DNA of 64,000 nucleotides from a bacterium (GTDB lineage Bacteria; Acidobacteriota; Thermoanaerobaculia; Multivoradales; J023): NCBI GenBank assembly GCA_024226315.1, contig JAAELT010000577.1, positions 12,032 to 76,031 of the forward strand, read 5' to 3'. Shown piece by piece: positions 63,731 to 64,000 of this stretch (position 1 is its first letter; each line of letters starts with the position of its first letter). The notes under the pieces were generated by a model. It saw only the letters and a program-made list of their open reading frames with translations, ran no database searches and was not told where the DNA came from. The position numbers and the translations under genes were made by a program.

Positions 63731-63813
63731 AGAGCGGCCACGAAGCGGTGGGTAGGAAAAAATCCTCGCAGCTTGCCGAAGTCGAGTAGCCGCTGGAAAG
63801 TCCCAGCCGGCGC

Positions 63814-64000
63814 ATCCAACCAACCATTCGAGAGAGGTCGGTTGGACGGCGCGGCATCCAACGATTCAGCCGGCTGGGGTCGGCTGCATGCCCCGTCACC
63901 CAACCGGCCAACCGTCTCAGGGTCGTTGGATGGGCAGATATCCAACCGACCATTCGAGAAAGGTCGGTTGGATGATCACATATCCAACCGACCCATTGGC
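63814..64000. repeat. array of 34-bp palindromic hairpin repeats ATCCAACCGACCATTCGAGARAGGTCGGTTGGAT (at least 3 copies, continuing past the window end), nested inside a larger CCCAGCCGGC...GCCGGCTGGG stem
   Basis: Copies at 63814-63846, 63939-63972 and 63982-64000 (truncated). Degenerate half-sites CCAACCG/GGTCGTTGG lie between them. Spacing is irregular (about 93 and 10 bp), so the array is not CRISPR-like. Confidence 0.6.

Noticed and set aside
63814-64000. Possible CRISPR array at the window end
   Set aside because: Repeats are strongly palindromic but irregularly spaced (about 93 and 10 bp between copies). No cas genes, no uniform spacers. Interpreted as a REP-like hairpin cluster instead.
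63800-64000. Integron attC sites bounding the TA cassettes
   Set aside because: Cassette boundaries here are copies of the RND gene tail, not attC-like imperfect palindromes with R/L boxes. No intI or attI is visible. The hairpins at the end do not show the R''-L''/L'-R' organisation. Kept only as an analogy.

Overview
This is a 64 kb stretch of a high-GC (about 68-70%) bacterial chromosome. Signal-peptide-rich proteins, TPR and Ser/Thr-kinase content and a GWxTD-like/VWA protein suggest Acidobacteriota, Gemmatimonadota or Myxococcota. No rRNA, tRNA or CRISPR array was found.

Recognisable core genes:
- rpoD (47340..49052, minus)
- NADP-glutamate dehydrogenase gdhA (39599..40981, minus)
- a TonB-family protein
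- an MdtABC-like efflux operon of one membrane-fusion protein and two tandem RND pumps (50014..57703, plus)
- a SpoIID/SPOR cell-wall protein and a DnaC-like loader
- M14 and M20 peptidases
- a PMT-type glycosyltransferase with TPR repeats
- a saccharopine-pathway gene pair
- two large Ser/Thr kinases, one cotranscribed with an ECF sigma factor and one fused to an adenylate/guanylate-cyclase domain

Accessory and mobile content:
- an orphan RHS C-terminal cassette in a low-GC island. It carries an unrecognised C-terminal toxin domain, a small multi-TM immunity gene and a decayed DDE transposase.
- a stand-alone AAA15 (OLD/ABC-type) ATPase inserted at a truncated DNA-alkylation-repair gene
- an N-truncated COG1743/DUF1156-type Zn-ribbon DNA methylase pseudogene
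- dispersed hairpin repeat families

The main finding is a recurring architecture seen at three separate loci (3'-end-copy model). A cargo module is inserted immediately downstream of an intact gene and is followed by a diverged partial copy of that gene's 3' end. The loci are the BNR/sialidase-like gene (saccharopine genes as cargo), the SpoIID gene (PIN/UPF0175 toxin-antitoxin (TA) as cargo) and the second RND pump gene (serial cargo: a 705-aa unknown protein, HicAB + UPF0175 + VapBC, then Xre-RES). In-frame but diverged 3'-end copies are the expected footprint of site-specific integration into gene 3' ends, accreting in tandem. No recombinase is present in the window.

Nearly all of the long antisense and overlapping ORFs in the six-frame track are GC-driven artefacts.
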